Shown here: one piece after another, positions 39,954-49,138 of the stretch | How positions within the stretch are numbered: position 1 is the stretch's first letter | Layout of the letters: the number at the start of each line of letters is the position of its first letter | Assembly: GCA_036405415.1 (NCBI GenBank) | Contig: DASWXP010000002.1 | Coordinates: 48,097-112,096 of the forward strand | Origin: Minisyncoccota bacterium | Lineage (GTDB): Bacteria; Patescibacteriota; Minisyncoccia; Phycocordibacterales; Phycocordibacteraceae | Length of the DNA stretch: 64,000 bases | Direction of reading: 5' to 3' | Position numbers and translations under genes: made by a program | The notes under the pieces: generated by a model | Told to the model about the DNA's origin: nothing | What the model saw: the letters and a program-made list of their open reading frames with translations, nothing else | Database searches by the model: none

Positions 39954-41414
39954 TCAACCGGCCTTCGGGGTGACTACGGGTCCGGAAGGCCCGTCCTCAA
40001 CAGCATATCCACTGCTCTCGATGTGGATACGCAGCGTATCGGCCTTCGCGAAATCGCGTGCGGTACGCGCCGCTTCGCGCTCAGAGACCAGGGCGAGAAT
40101 GTGCGGCGGGACCTCTGCGCGCGCGGCAGAAAGGAGTCCGAGGCCAAGAACACGGTCTGCGGCTTCGATGGCGCCGAGCTGCTCCTCGCGGGTAAGGTCT
40201 TCGTCCTTCACCGCTTCCCATAGGAGCGCGAGCGCCTGCGGGGTCGAGAGGTCGTCCCTGAGAAGCGCTATGATGCGACGGCTCCATTCAGATGGGCGGG
40301 TACGGCCCTCGGCTTCGCCGCGTATGGTCTGTGCAAGACGGGTAAGGCGCTTCAATGCCGCGTCCGCGGCCTCGAGCGATTCCCAGGAGAAGGAAAGCGG
40401 AGATGCGTAGTGCGCCTGGAGGAAGAGATAGCGGAGTGCAAGGGGAGAGAAGCCGCGTTCTGTGATGTCTGATACGTACACGTCGTCCCCGGCAGATTTC
40501 GATATCTTCCGGTTCTCGATTGTAAGGAACGCGTTGTGCATCCAGAAGCGAGCAAGCGGCTTCCCGTACGCAGCTTCGGACTGCGCGATCTCGTTGGTGT
40601 GATGCACAGGAATGTGATCGATGCCGCCCGTATGGATATCGAACGGCTGCCCAAGAAGCGCCCGGCTCATCGCGGAACACTCGATGTGCCACCCTGGGAA
40701 CCCGCGGCCCCACGGGCTGTTCCATTCCTGCTGGCGCCGGGACCCTGGGGGAGAGAATTTCCAGAGGGCGAAATCCGCAGGGTGCCGCTTCTCATCGTTC
40801 GCGGCGATGCGGCGGCCGATCTCCGAGAACGCCTCCTCGCGGAGCTTGTCTCCTCCATGGTCGAGCGTGCCGTAATTTGGGAATGCGCGGGTATCGAAAT
40901 AGATGCCGTCCTTGATGCGATACGTATACCCCTTCTCTTCGAGGATCTTGATTATGTCGATCTGCTCCTCGATGTAGTCGGTTGCGCGCGGGAAGCTGAT
41001 ATTGTCCGCGTCCACACCAAGCACCCGGATGTCCTCGATGAAGAGCCTGGTGTAGCGCGCGGCGATATCGGAGGCGCTCATGCCCGCTTCGCGTGCTCCT
41101 TTCTCCATCTTGTCTTCGCCCGAGTCCGCGTCGTCGGTGAGGTGCCCGACGTCCGTGATGTTTATGACCCTCCTCGCCTGATACCCGGCCTGCGAAAGCA
41201 TACGCGCGAGCGCGTCAGCGAACACGTAGGAACGGAGGTTCCCGATATGCGCGCGGCTGTATACGGTAGGGCCGCAGGAATACATCGCGACGATGCCCGC
41301 CTTAATGGGAGAGAAGACCTCCTTCCGGCCTGAGAGGGTGTTCTCGAGCAGGACCGGCGCGTCGCTCGTCACGGGCTCGCTCTTAGGCGAGAAGAGAGAG
41401 GTGAGCCATTTCAT
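39954..41414 (-). CDS. cysS: cysteinyl-tRNA synthetase
   Basis: CGPTVYSRAHIGN (HIGH region) and KISKSAG (KMSKS). Confidence 0.9.
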   Translation of the reverse strand: MKWLTSLFSPKSEPVTSDAPVLLENTLSGRKEVFSPIKAGIVAMYSCGPTVYSRAHIGNLRSYVFADALARMLSQAGYQARRVINITDVGHLTDDADSGEDKMEKGAREAGMSASDIAARYTRLFIEDIRVLGVDADNISFPRATDYIEEQIDIIKILEEKGYTYRIKDGIYFDTRAFPNYGTLDHGGDKLREEAFSEIGRRIAANDEKRHPADFALWKFSPPGSRRQQEWNSPWGRGFPGWHIECSAMSRALLGQPFDIHTGGIDHIPVHHTNEIAQSEAAYGKPLARFWMHNAFLTIENRKISKSAGDDVYVSDITERGFSPLALRYLFLQAHYASPLSFSWESLEAADAALKRLTRLAQTIRGEAEGRTRPSEWSRRIIALLRDDLSTPQALALLWEAVKDEDLTREEQLGAIEAADRVLGLGLLSAARAEVPPHILALVSEREAARTARDFAKADTLRIHIESSGYAVEDGPSGPVVTPKAG

Positions 41415-41429
41415 ACGCCCTATTCTACC

Positions 41430-42347
41430 CTAGAGCCACTTCTTGAGCCGGAAATACGTGAAGAGAGACAGTCCGGCGAAGACCATAAGCCCGAGCACCA
41501 GCCAGAAGCCGTGCTCCAGGTGTACGATCGGCATGTTCTCCGCGTTCATGCCGAAGATGGACGCGATAAGGGTGAGCGGAAGCGCTACGAACGCCATGAC
41601 CGTGAGCGTCTTTGTCACCTGGTTCTGGCTCGCGGTGAGCAGGGAGTCGTTCGTGATGCGGAGCTCCTGCGCGACGGCACGAAGCGAAGACACGAGGGAT
41701 GCCGCGTGGATGCGCCTCGCCTCGATGTGCGCCGTATGCTCTTCGAACGAGGAGCCGAAGAACTGGGGGGTGGCGAGCGCCGCGAGGAAGTCCGCGAGCG
41801 GCTCCTTGTGCCGGGCGAGCGCGGTCTCAAAGCGCAGCAGGACGCGCCCTGCTTCTGATATCGTGCGCACCGCATGCTGCTCGCGTCCGGAGAAGATATC
41901 GCGCTCGATGCGCTCGAGGCGCTTTCCCACCTGTTCGATCTCCGTGCTGATGGACGCGTAGAGGCGGCTTATGACGCGCTCGAGGAAGGCTCCGGTCTTC
42001 ACGGTATGTTCCGGGATATTAAGTAGCTCCTCGGCTTCGAGGATGCGGTGCAGGTTATGGAGCGACTCAACCGGCTCGTATCGGGCGGTTATGAGGAACT
42101 GCTTCCCGACGATGAAGTCAACCTCCTGCGAGCGGGTGCCGTCTTCGGACCCCGCTACCGGGAAATGGAGGATGAGGTAGGTATAGCCCCCGAACGGGAT
42201 GGTGAGCGGGTAGGGGGTAGGGGTCGCGATCTCCTCGTGGATACGCTCGTCGATATCGAACTCGCGCATCACGAGCGCGAGCTCCTCTTCCGTCGGGGAT
42301 TCGAGGTCTACCCAGACGGTCTTGCCGCGCATGTGCCTCGTTATCAT
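41430..42347 (-). CDS. corA: CorA-family magnesium/cobalt transporter
   Basis: GMN motif (IFGMNAENMP) and two C-terminal TM. Confidence 0.85.
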   Translation of the reverse strand: MITRHMRGKTVWVDLESPTEEELALVMREFDIDERIHEEIATPTPYPLTIPFGGYTYLILHFPVAGSEDGTRSQEVDFIVGKQFLITARYEPVESLHNLHRILEAEELLNIPEHTVKTGAFLERVISRLYASISTEIEQVGKRLERIERDIFSGREQHAVRTISEAGRVLLRFETALARHKEPLADFLAALATPQFFGSSFEEHTAHIEARRIHAASLVSSLRAVAQELRITNDSLLTASQNQVTKTLTVMAFVALPLTLIASIFGMNAENMPIVHLEHGFWLVLGLMVFAGLSLFTYFRLKKWL

Positions 42348-42367
42348 CGCTATTCAGTATACGGCGC

Positions 42368-43678
42368 ATGCGCGCCATGAGCGCTTCATCAGCCGTGGAT
42401 AGAATGTGCGTGATAGAATGCACGCATATGCAAGAAGAAGAGGTACAGGCTTCGAAGCCTGCATTTGCCAGGATCGCAAAGCTCGGCATCGCGTTCGCGC
42501 TCGTGCTCGCCATCGGCTTTGCCGGAGGTGTCGCTGCAGGCGCGGAAGGGAAGAGCGTATTCTCCAATCTCCCGATCCTCGGAGACGGACTCGACGCCAC
42601 TCCCGATTCAGAAGCGGACCTCACTGATTTCTGGAAAGCATGGAACGCGCTCGATCAGCGATTCGTAGAGACTCATGCGACGGGCACGCCGCCATCGATC
42701 AAGGAGAAGCTCTGGGGCGCTATCCAGGGCCTTGCGGCGTCCTACGGGGACCCATATACGGTATTCATGCCGCCGAGCGAAGCCAAGCAGTTCAAGGACG
42801 ACATCAGCGGCAACTTCGAAGGCGTGGGCATGGAGGTGGGCGTGAAGGACGGCGTGCTTACCGTCATCTCGCCGCTCAAGGGAACGCCGGCTGAGCGCGC
42901 GGGCCTGCGCTCAGGGGACGCGATCCTTACGATCGACGGCACCTCGACTGACGGGCTCTCGACCGACCAGGCCGTTAAGCTCATCCGCGGCAAGAAGGGA
43001 ACGACGGTCGTGTTCAATATCCTGCGCGAAGGCTCGGTATCCGAGATCTCCGTGGTGCGCGATACCATCGCGGTCCCGACCATCGAGACGTCTGAGGAGA
43101 GCGGAGTGTTCATCATCTCCTTCTACAGCTTCACCGCCAACTCCGCGCAGCTCTTCTCGAAGGCGGTGGCAGAGTTCCGTGCGTCCGGCTCGAAGTCCCT
43201 CATCGTAGACCTCCGCGGCAATCCTGGCGGATACCTCGAGGCCGCGGTCTCGATCTCGAGCCACTTCCTTCCGAAGGGCGCGGTCGTGGTAACCGAGGAC
43301 TTCAAAGGAAAGCAGGAGAACGTCGTGCACCGCAGTCGCGGCATCGGCGGGCTTCCGGAGGGCACGAGGGTAGCGATCCTCATCGACCAGGGATCCGCAT
43401 CAGCCTCTGAGATCATGGCCGGCGCGCTCCAGGACGGGGACGCGGCTACCCTCATCGGCGCCAAGTCCTTCGGAAAGGGCTCGGTGCAAGAGCTCGTCGA
43501 GATCAACGGCGGGGCGCTCAAGGTTACGATCGCACGCTGGCTCACGCCAGCAGGGCAGTCCATCTCGGACGGCGGCCTTACGCCGGACATCGAGGTCAAG
43601 CGCACCCGTGAGGACGCTGAGGCCGGAAGGGACCCCCAGAAGGCTCGCGCTATCGAGTTCCTCACGACCGGGCGCTAG
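42368..43678 (+). CDS. ctpA: carboxyl-terminal processing protease (S41, PDZ)
   Basis: PDZ domain (GLRSGDAILTIDG), LIVDLRGNPGGYL and DQGSASASEI. Confidence 0.85.
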   Translation: MRAMSASSAVDRMCVIECTHMQEEEVQASKPAFARIAKLGIAFALVLAIGFAGGVAAGAEGKSVFSNLPILGDGLDATPDSEADLTDFWKAWNALDQRFVETHATGTPPSIKEKLWGAIQGLAASYGDPYTVFMPPSEAKQFKDDISGNFEGVGMEVGVKDGVLTVISPLKGTPAERAGLRSGDAILTIDGTSTDGLSTDQAVKLIRGKKGTTVVFNILREGSVSEISVVRDTIAVPTIETSEESGVFIISFYSFTANSAQLFSKAVAEFRASGSKSLIVDLRGNPGGYLEAAVSISSHFLPKGAVVVTEDFKGKQENVVHRSRGIGGLPEGTRVAILIDQGSASASEIMAGALQDGDAATLIGAKSFGKGSVQELVEINGGALKVTIARWLTPAGQSISDGGLTPDIEVKRTREDAEAGRDPQKARAIEFLTTGR

Positions 43679-43693
43679 ATAGTTCTGAAATGC

Positions 43694-43728
43694 GAAACGC
43701 CGGGATCAAGAGATCCCGGCGTTCTTCG
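43694..43728. terminator. bidirectional Rho-independent terminator
   Basis: aacgccgggatc aaga gatcccggcgtt. Confidence 0.75.
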
Positions 43729-43730
43729 TC

Positions 43731-44126
43731 TCAGCCGTACGGATAGCCGTCATACGGCGGCACGGGCCTTCCGGTGAGGATTGCCGTCAGAGCCGTGTGG
43801 GCGGACTGTTCGAGCCAGGGCTCAGAGACCCGGTTGGCAAACCGGATCGCTCCTTTCATCTGGTTGAGAGGGAAGAGCTTCGGATAGACGTACGGCATCT
43901 TTACGGCACGTCTTCCAGAAGGCCCGATGATGCGTGCCTCGGTCGAGACCGCCCATGCACCGATGAATGGAAGGTAGTGCAAACGAACGGGTCCATGCGT
44001 TTTCGTCGTGCGGACGGTCCAGCTCGAAAGATTGCCTCGTTCATCCAAAACCGCCCTGTAGGCATCGAGCTTTTCGAGGACCGCTTTATCCAGAGGAAAT
44101 AGCGGGTACTGTATAACTTCAGACAT
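43731..44126 (-). CDS. hypothetical protein
   Basis: GGAGA Shine-Dalgarno 5 nt before the ATG (MSEVIQYPLF). The ORF-track N-terminal extension is rejected. Confidence 0.45.
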   Translation of the reverse strand: MSEVIQYPLFPLDKAVLEKLDAYRAVLDERGNLSSWTVRTTKTHGPVRLHYLPFIGAWAVSTEARIIGPSGRRAVKMPYVYPKLFPLNQMKGAIRFANRVSEPWLEQSAHTALTAILTGRPVPPYDGYPYG

Positions 44127-44220
44127 CGCTGTCTCCTGTTCAGGTCTAGGATGAATTAACCACCAAAGCTGCTTGTGGTCAATTTGCTGTATCATCGTCC
44201 GCCCGGTACGATGCCTATAT

Positions 44221-44646
44221 ATGAAAGTCGTACTACTCAAAGACGTTAAGAACACGGGACGTGCTGGCGCGGTTATCGAGTGCTCGGACGGTCATGCCCT
44301 CAACTTCCTTATCCCTCGCAAGCTCGCTGCTCCGGCAACCGCAGCGAACGTAAAGCAGGCAGAGCTCCGTGCGCAGCAGGACAAGGACCGCCGCGCGCTC
44401 GATGTGAAGCTCGTCGAGGAGCGTATAGCGTCTCTCGCAGAGGAGCGCATCGTCATCAAGAAGAAGGCGAACGAGAAGGGTCACCTGTACGACGCGGTCG
44501 ATGCCGCTGACATCGCGAAGGCAACGGATCTTCCGGCAGACGCGATTCGTATCGAGAAGCCGTTCAAGGAGACCGGAACATTTGATGTGCCGGTTGCGGC
44601 AGGGGAGGGCTTCGGAAAGATTTCCATCGTTATCGAGGCTGAGTAA
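44221..44646 (+). CDS. rplI: 50S ribosomal protein L9
   Basis: MKVVLLKDVKNTGRAGAVIECSDGHALNFLIP. Confidence 0.85.
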   Translation: MKVVLLKDVKNTGRAGAVIECSDGHALNFLIPRKLAAPATAANVKQAELRAQQDKDRRALDVKLVEERIASLAEERIVIKKKANEKGHLYDAVDAADIAKATDLPADAIRIEKPFKETGTFDVPVAAGEGFGKISIVIEAE

Positions 44647-44667
44647 CCTTGAGTGCACAGAAACCAA

Positions 44668-44697
44668 AAGCGGCGCGTCCTTTCGGGCGCGCCGCTT
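44668..44697 (-). terminator. Rho-independent terminator (T-run on the minus strand)
   Basis: aagcggcgcg tcctttcggg cgcgccgctt. On the minus strand it is followed by ttttggtttctg. Confidence 0.7.
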
Positions 44698-44703
44698 GCG
44701 TCG

Positions 44704-45270
44704 TCAACGAAGAAACGACCTGTTCGGAAGAACAAATGACCAGATTCTTGACCAGATGGATTTCCGGAACGTGTGAACACGCCTCTTCCTAAACATTCTG
44801 CCTAAGAAGCGTGCGGTCTGCTTGCCGAAGAGTCCCCAATACAGGATTCCGGTAACAAGGAACCCGATCATACAGAATATGATCACGATGTCGCCTGGAT
44901 AGCGTCGGATATATCCGGTCATGCTGTCTTCTTGCGCGCCCAGATAGAACTCCGTGTACACCCTATGCTTATTAGCCTGGGTTTCCAGAGATCCCGTCAG
45001 AGTCGCGATCTGCTCGTCCTTTTGTGCGAGCACGGCCTTGTTGCTGACTTCCCGCTCACAGAGGTATTCGACAGTCATGCCCTCAAAGACCGGCTCCCCG
45101 AACACGATGGTCCCGATCCGGAGGCTTTCCGGATCGATTCTCGGTCCGGCCGGGTCGTGCATGAGGTATTCCTTGCAGGACTCGAGAGTCATGGATTCTT
45201 GCGCGACCGCTGGAGCGGCAATAAGCAGCAGCACGGTCGCTGCGCCCACTGCCGTAGCTTTTTTGTGCAT
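44704..45270 (-). CDS. secreted/membrane hypothetical protein
   Basis: Signal peptide MHKKATAVGAATVLLLIAAPAVAQ and a C-terminal TM. GGGGG Shine-Dalgarno. Confidence 0.5.
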   Translation of the reverse strand: MHKKATAVGAATVLLLIAAPAVAQESMTLESCKEYLMHDPAGPRIDPESLRIGTIVFGEPVFEGMTVEYLCEREVSNKAVLAQKDEQIATLTGSLETQANKHRVYTEFYLGAQEDSMTGYIRRYPGDIVIIFCMIGFLVTGILYWGLFGKQTARFLGRMFRKRRVHTFRKSIWSRIWSFVLPNRSFLR

Positions 45271-45370
45271 ATGTTCCCCCTAAAGAACAAAAGGGACTCG
45301 ACGTCCCGTGATTGAAAACTTGGAGCAGTATGCAATGAAATTAGTGCTGGTGCAACGAAATGCTTCATAA

Positions 45371-45402
45371 ACGTGAAAAGGCCGCCCTGGTGGGACGGCC
45401 TT
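45371..45402 (-). terminator. Rho-independent terminator
   Basis: aaggccgccc tggtg ggacggcctt. On the minus strand it is followed by ttttcacgttt. Confidence 0.6.
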
Positions 45403-45522
45403 CGAAATGTTCTATCGCAAGACTGCTTATGCTGGACCTCTGCCAACTCCTCTCCGTCGTTGCCTTCGGAAGAACGCACCCTTTCAGGTACGTAGCGCGG
45501 ATCGGCGGCCCGGAGCCCTGAA

Positions 45523-46131
45523 TCATTCAGGGGGCGGACGCGAAGCTTGCGGAGACGAATCTTTGAAAGGGCTTACCAGCGGATACTCGCGATGCGAACC
45601 GCGGAGCACGCGCTTCGCTTCATAGCGTTGTGCGGACTTCTTGCTCTGGCGGTAGAGCCAGAAGATGAACAGGGCGAATGCCACGAGAGTTATCAGTGTG
45701 TACGCCAGGACTTCACTCATCCGACCGCTCTTCTCATCCAGCGATTCCTTTTCATATTTCTCGTGGTCGGCCACGTCTCCTGAGGCAGTAGTGCCTATTG
45801 GGCTCGGCGCCGGATGCGTTTCCGTCTTGGGCGTAGCAGCTGCTGCTGCCTGCTCCTCGAGATGCTTCCGGCACACGTTCCAGACGATGTCGCCTTTCGT
45901 GAAGGTATGGGACTTGCCGCAGACCATGAGGGTCGTCGGCGGGTCGATGCTGATCTGACGCTCGTAGACGAGGATCTCGGCGGCGTCGAGGCGGTTGGCG
46001 GTCGCATACGCGGCGCGCCATTCGTTGACGCCGTCGAGCACGTCGGCGTTAGTGACCTTCGCGTGGGCTTGGGGAGCCCAGACGAAGAACAGAAGGGCGA
46101 AGAACGCCCCGATATAAGCCTTGAAGGACAT
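45523..46131 (-). CDS. secreted hypothetical protein with C-terminal TM and Pro-rich tail
   Basis: Signal peptide MSFKAYIGAFFALLFFVWAPQAHA. Confidence 0.5.
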   Translation of the reverse strand: MSFKAYIGAFFALLFFVWAPQAHAKVTNADVLDGVNEWRAAYATANRLDAAEILVYERQISIDPPTTLMVCGKSHTFTKGDIVWNVCRKHLEEQAAAAATPKTETHPAPSPIGTTASGDVADHEKYEKESLDEKSGRMSEVLAYTLITLVAFALFIFWLYRQSKKSAQRYEAKRVLRGSHREYPLVSPFKDSSPQASRPPPE

Positions 46132-46278
46132 GACTGTCCCTTTCTTGCGATAGTGTGAATGATCAAGGGTCCCGTGTGGCAGCAATCCCTGCGCCACTCG
46201 ACCCAGGCTCATATAATACAACTTTTATGGAATAAAAGCAAATCGCCGCGAGAGCGGCGATTTGGGAAGGAGAGTGGC

Positions 46279-46557
46279 TTATGCCGGGACGACGTCTACG
46301 ACCTTCTTCGTGACAACGCGGCCGTCGAAGTTGGTCTTGCGGCGGTTGCGGAAGGCGACCTTGCCTACGACCATCGAGTAGAGGGTGTGGTCATGACCGA
46401 CCTTCACGTTCTTGCCGGCCTCGATCTTCGTGCCGCGCTGACGGACGATGATCATTCCTGGGCGGGCTGCCTGGCCGTCAGCGAGCTTAACACCGAGGTA
46501 TTTCGGGTTTGAGTCGTTGAGGTTTTTTGCTGATCCACCAGCTTTAGTACTTGCCAT
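46279..46557 (-). CDS. rpmA: 50S ribosomal protein L27
   Basis: GGSAKNLNDSNPKYLGVK...IIVRQRGTK...GHDHTLYS. Confidence 0.9.
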   Translation of the reverse strand: MASTKAGGSAKNLNDSNPKYLGVKLADGQAARPGMIIVRQRGTKIEAGKNVKVGHDHTLYSMVVGKVAFRNRRKTNFDGRVVTKKVVDVVPA

Positions 46558-46580
46558 ACGGTATAATCTTTACGTTGTTT

Positions 46581-46991
46581 ATGACTATAGCAGAGCTCCT
46601 GGGGAGAGGCAAGGCTCTACTAGGCCGTATTCCGGCTGATGCGCTGGTCCTCGTAGCCCTCATTCTCGCCTCCACGCTCTCGTTCGGAGCCGGGATACTG
46701 GTGGGGAAGGATCTGGAGCGGGAGAAGGCAGGGAACTGGTTCTGGATCGAGCAGCTGCCAGAGGGGACGCTCGGTCCTGCCGCCGCTATCGAGGCGCTTC
46801 CGAAGAAGGAAGCGGTATCGGTTGGATCCTCGTCCGGGACCTATGTGGCCTCGAAGAACGGCACGAAGTACTACCTCCCGAGCTGCGGGAGCTCTAAGCG
46901 TATAAAGGAGGAGAATAAGGTGTGGTTTAAGACGAAGGAGGAGGCAGAAGCGGCTGGGTACGGTCCGGCCGCGAACTGCCCGGGGCTCTAG
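46581..46991 (+). CDS. membrane-anchored protein with Ada-like metal-binding-domain-like C-terminus
   Basis: N-terminal TM. YYLPSCGSSKRIKEENKVWFKTKEEAEAAGYGPAANC resembles the Ada Zn-binding motif (Y..P.C...KRI..N.V.F...EEA.AAGY.P...C). Confidence 0.45.
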   Translation: MTIAELLGRGKALLGRIPADALVLVALILASTLSFGAGILVGKDLEREKAGNWFWIEQLPEGTLGPAAAIEALPKKEAVSVGSSSGTYVASKNGTKYYLPSCGSSKRIKEENKVWFKTKEEAEAAGYGPAANCPGL

Positions 46992-47003
46992 TACAATAGA
47001 GGT

Positions 47004-47609
47004 ATGATCGTCCTTGATGTTGAGACCACGGGTCTCGTGCCAGAAAAGCACTCCATCCTCTCCTTAGGTGCGGTGGATCTCGACGAGCCTACCAACCAGT
47101 TCTACGAAGAATGTCAGGTATGGGAGGGTGCAGATATCTCTGATGAGGCACTTGCAATCAACGGGTTTACGCGGGAGGAAGTAGTAGGACAGGGACGCGC
47201 GAAGCAGTCCGAGGCAGCGCTCATCGCTTCGTTCGTCGCGTGGGCTACCGACCGGCCGAAGGACCGTACGCTCGCCGCGCAGAACGTATCGTTCGATCTC
47301 GAGTTCGTTCAGGCAGCGTGCAAGCGCGCAGGTATCGAAAGTCCCTTTGGTAAGCGCACGCTCGACGTGCATACGCTCACCTGGCTCCATATGACTTCGC
47401 GCGGGATCGTGCCGCCTGTCGCGAAGCATCACTCCGCCATCAATCTCGATGCCGCGCTCGTGTACTGCGGCCTTCCAGGGGAACCGAAGCCGCATAACGC
47501 GCTTACGGGAGCGCTCTGTCACGCAGAGGTGATCGCGCGCATAGCGTATACTAAGAACCTACTACCAGACTTCAGTACCTTTCCGATTCCATGGGAGACG
47601 AGCCGATAA
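47004..47609 (+). CDS. DEDDh 3'-5' exonuclease (DnaQ-like)
   Basis: VLDVETTG, a second motif with QNVSFDLEF, and H...D in the third. Confidence 0.8.
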   Translation: MIVLDVETTGLVPEKHSILSLGAVDLDEPTNQFYEECQVWEGADISDEALAINGFTREEVVGQGRAKQSEAALIASFVAWATDRPKDRTLAAQNVSFDLEFVQAACKRAGIESPFGKRTLDVHTLTWLHMTSRGIVPPVAKHHSAINLDAALVYCGLPGEPKPHNALTGALCHAEVIARIAYTKNLLPDFSTFPIPWETSR

Positions 47610-48385
47610 TCACCACACCGACTACCAGCCTCTACACGCCGGACGAAGGAAAGCCGGAGCCTGCGCGCGATCGCGAGATGGGCAACATGCTCGTGCGCGC
47701 GATCGAGGAAGGGAAGCAGGTGGTCCCGGAGAACCCGGCGCCCTTGGTATGCAAGCCGCAGCAGCTTGAGAGCTGGCGGGTGTTCAAGATCATGGCCGAG
47801 TTCGTGGACGGCTTCGACCTCCTGAAGAAGTACGGCCTCACCGCCACCTTCTTCGGAAGCGTGCGCACGCAGCCGGGAGAGCCGGCATATGAGGCGGCGC
47901 GCGAGCTTGCGGGACGCCTCGCGAAGGCAGGGTACGCGATCGTAACCGGCGGGTCTGCCGGCATCATGGAAGCGGGGAATCGCGGCGCTCATGAGGCAGG
48001 GGGCGCATCTGTCGGCCTCAATATCCGCCTCGCGGACAATCAGGCGAATAACGAGTACCTTACAGACAACTTCATCTTCGATCACTTCTTCGTGCGCAAG
48101 GTGATGCTCGCGTTCGCGTCCGAAGTCTACGTGTACTTCCAGGGAGGATACGGGACGCTCGACGAGTTCTCTGAGATCGTCACCTTGGTACAGACGAAGA
48201 AGATCAAGCCGGTGCCGATCGTGCTCTACGGCAAGGAATTCTGGGATCCGATCGTGACCCTCTTCAGGGAGCACCTGCTCGGGAAGTACGGCACCATCAG
48301 CGAAGAGGATCTCGCGCTCTTCCAGGTGGTAGATTCGGTCGACGAGGCGTTCGAATACATCAAGAAGACCGTCACGGCCTGCTAG
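47591..48385 (+). CDS. LOG-family protein (TIGR00730, cytokinin riboside 5'-monophosphate phosphoribohydrolase-like)
   Basis: VFGSVRT, TGGSAGIMEA and GGYGTLDEF. Confidence 0.8.
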   Translation: MGDEPIITTPTTSLYTPDEGKPEPARDREMGNMLVRAIEEGKQVVPENPAPLVCKPQQLESWRVFKIMAEFVDGFDLLKKYGLTATFFGSVRTQPGEPAYEAARELAGRLAKAGYAIVTGGSAGIMEAGNRGAHEAGGASVGLNIRLADNQANNEYLTDNFIFDHFFVRKVMLAFASEVYVYFQGGYGTLDEFSEIVTLVQTKKIKPVPIVLYGKEFWDPIVTLFREHLLGKYGTISEEDLALFQVVDSVDEAFEYIKKTVTAC

Positions 48386-48388
48386 CCT

Positions 48389-48547
48389 ATGGGACTCGAC
48401 TACAGCCAGAAGCGCCTCGTGTCGATGGCTCGGCACACGAAAGGGAACAGTAAGCACGCGAAGCGTCTCAGGCTCTATGCCTTCCTTACGGGCATCATGG
48501 GTCTTCTGATATCCCTCGTGCAGCTCTATGTCGTTGCCACGCGCTAG
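48389..48547 (+). CDS. small single-TM protein (52 aa), paralog A
   Basis: A basic N-terminus (KRL...KHAKRLRLYAF) then LTGIMGLLISLVQLYVV. Absent from the track because it is under 60 aa. Confidence 0.4.
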   Translation: MGLDYSQKRLVSMARHTKGNSKHAKRLRLYAFLTGIMGLLISLVQLYVVATR

Positions 48548-48569
48548 CGCGTGGTATCCTCTTAGGCAT

Positions 48570-48695
48570 ATGGCACGGAGCAGGAAGCGCGCTAAGAAAG
48601 GAAAGTTCGAGCTCGAGGTCTACGCGTTCTGGACCGGATTCGCGAGCACGCTCATAAGCCTTCTTCACGTCATCCTCATGGCGACAAAGGGATAG
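48570..48695 (+). CDS. small single-TM protein (41 aa), paralog B
   Basis: MARSRKRAKKGKFELEVYAFWTGFASTLISLLHVILM shares the pattern of paralog A. Confidence 0.4.
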   Translation: MARSRKRAKKGKFELEVYAFWTGFASTLISLLHVILMATKG

Positions 48696-48698
48696 TAG

Positions 48699-48911
48699 AT
48701 GCGACGCATGAAGCATCTCTACAGCATCACGAAACCGCAGCTTATTACGCTATGGGTGTTCGGTGGCGTGGCTACGTTGTGGGCGATTGATAAGGCGACG
48801 TACCTGCCGTACTCGTCATCGTTCACGTTCACCGAGTTTGTCGGTTGGGTTACGCCGCTCATACTTTTCCTCTATACGTTCGGATGGTGGGAGAAGCAGA
48901 AGAAGAAATAG
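48699..48911 (+). CDS. small membrane protein (2 TM, 70 aa)
   Basis: It starts right after the double stop TAGTAG of the previous small ORF. Confidence 0.45.
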   Translation: MRRMKHLYSITKPQLITLWVFGGVATLWAIDKATYLPYSSSFTFTEFVGWVTPLILFLYTFGWWEKQKKK

Positions 48912-48913
48912 GA

Positions 48914-48940
48914 AAGGGCCGGAGATTTCCTCCGGCCCTT
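48914..48940. terminator. bidirectional Rho-independent terminator
   Basis: aagggccggag atttc ctccggccctt with T-runs on both strands. Confidence 0.75.
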
Positions 48941-48955
48941 GTCGTTGTCCGTATT

Positions 48956-49126
48956 CTACGGGCGTCTGGATGCGCCGGTGACGAAGTCACACAGCTCCAT
49001 CACCAGGAAGATGATGCCGAGGATGACAAGCACCAGAAGACCCGGAGGATCGCTTTCGTTGTCCAGCGTCTCTTCGGCACCAGCAGGCGGTCCTTGAAGG
49101 GTAGTGGGGTCATACTCTGCTGTCAT
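48956..49126 (-). CDS. small membrane protein (56 aa)
   Basis: AGGGAGA Shine-Dalgarno. Acidic N-terminus then LLVLVILGIIFLVMEL TM. Confidence 0.4.
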   Translation of the reverse strand: MTAEYDPTTLQGPPAGAEETLDNESDPPGLLVLVILGIIFLVMELCDFVTGASRRP

Positions 49127-49138
49127 GAGCTTCTCCCT

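Noticed and set aside
38168-39973. 601-aa plus-strand ORF antisense to dnaB/recR
   Set aside because: Antisense artefact. dnaB and recR on the minus strand carry the motifs.
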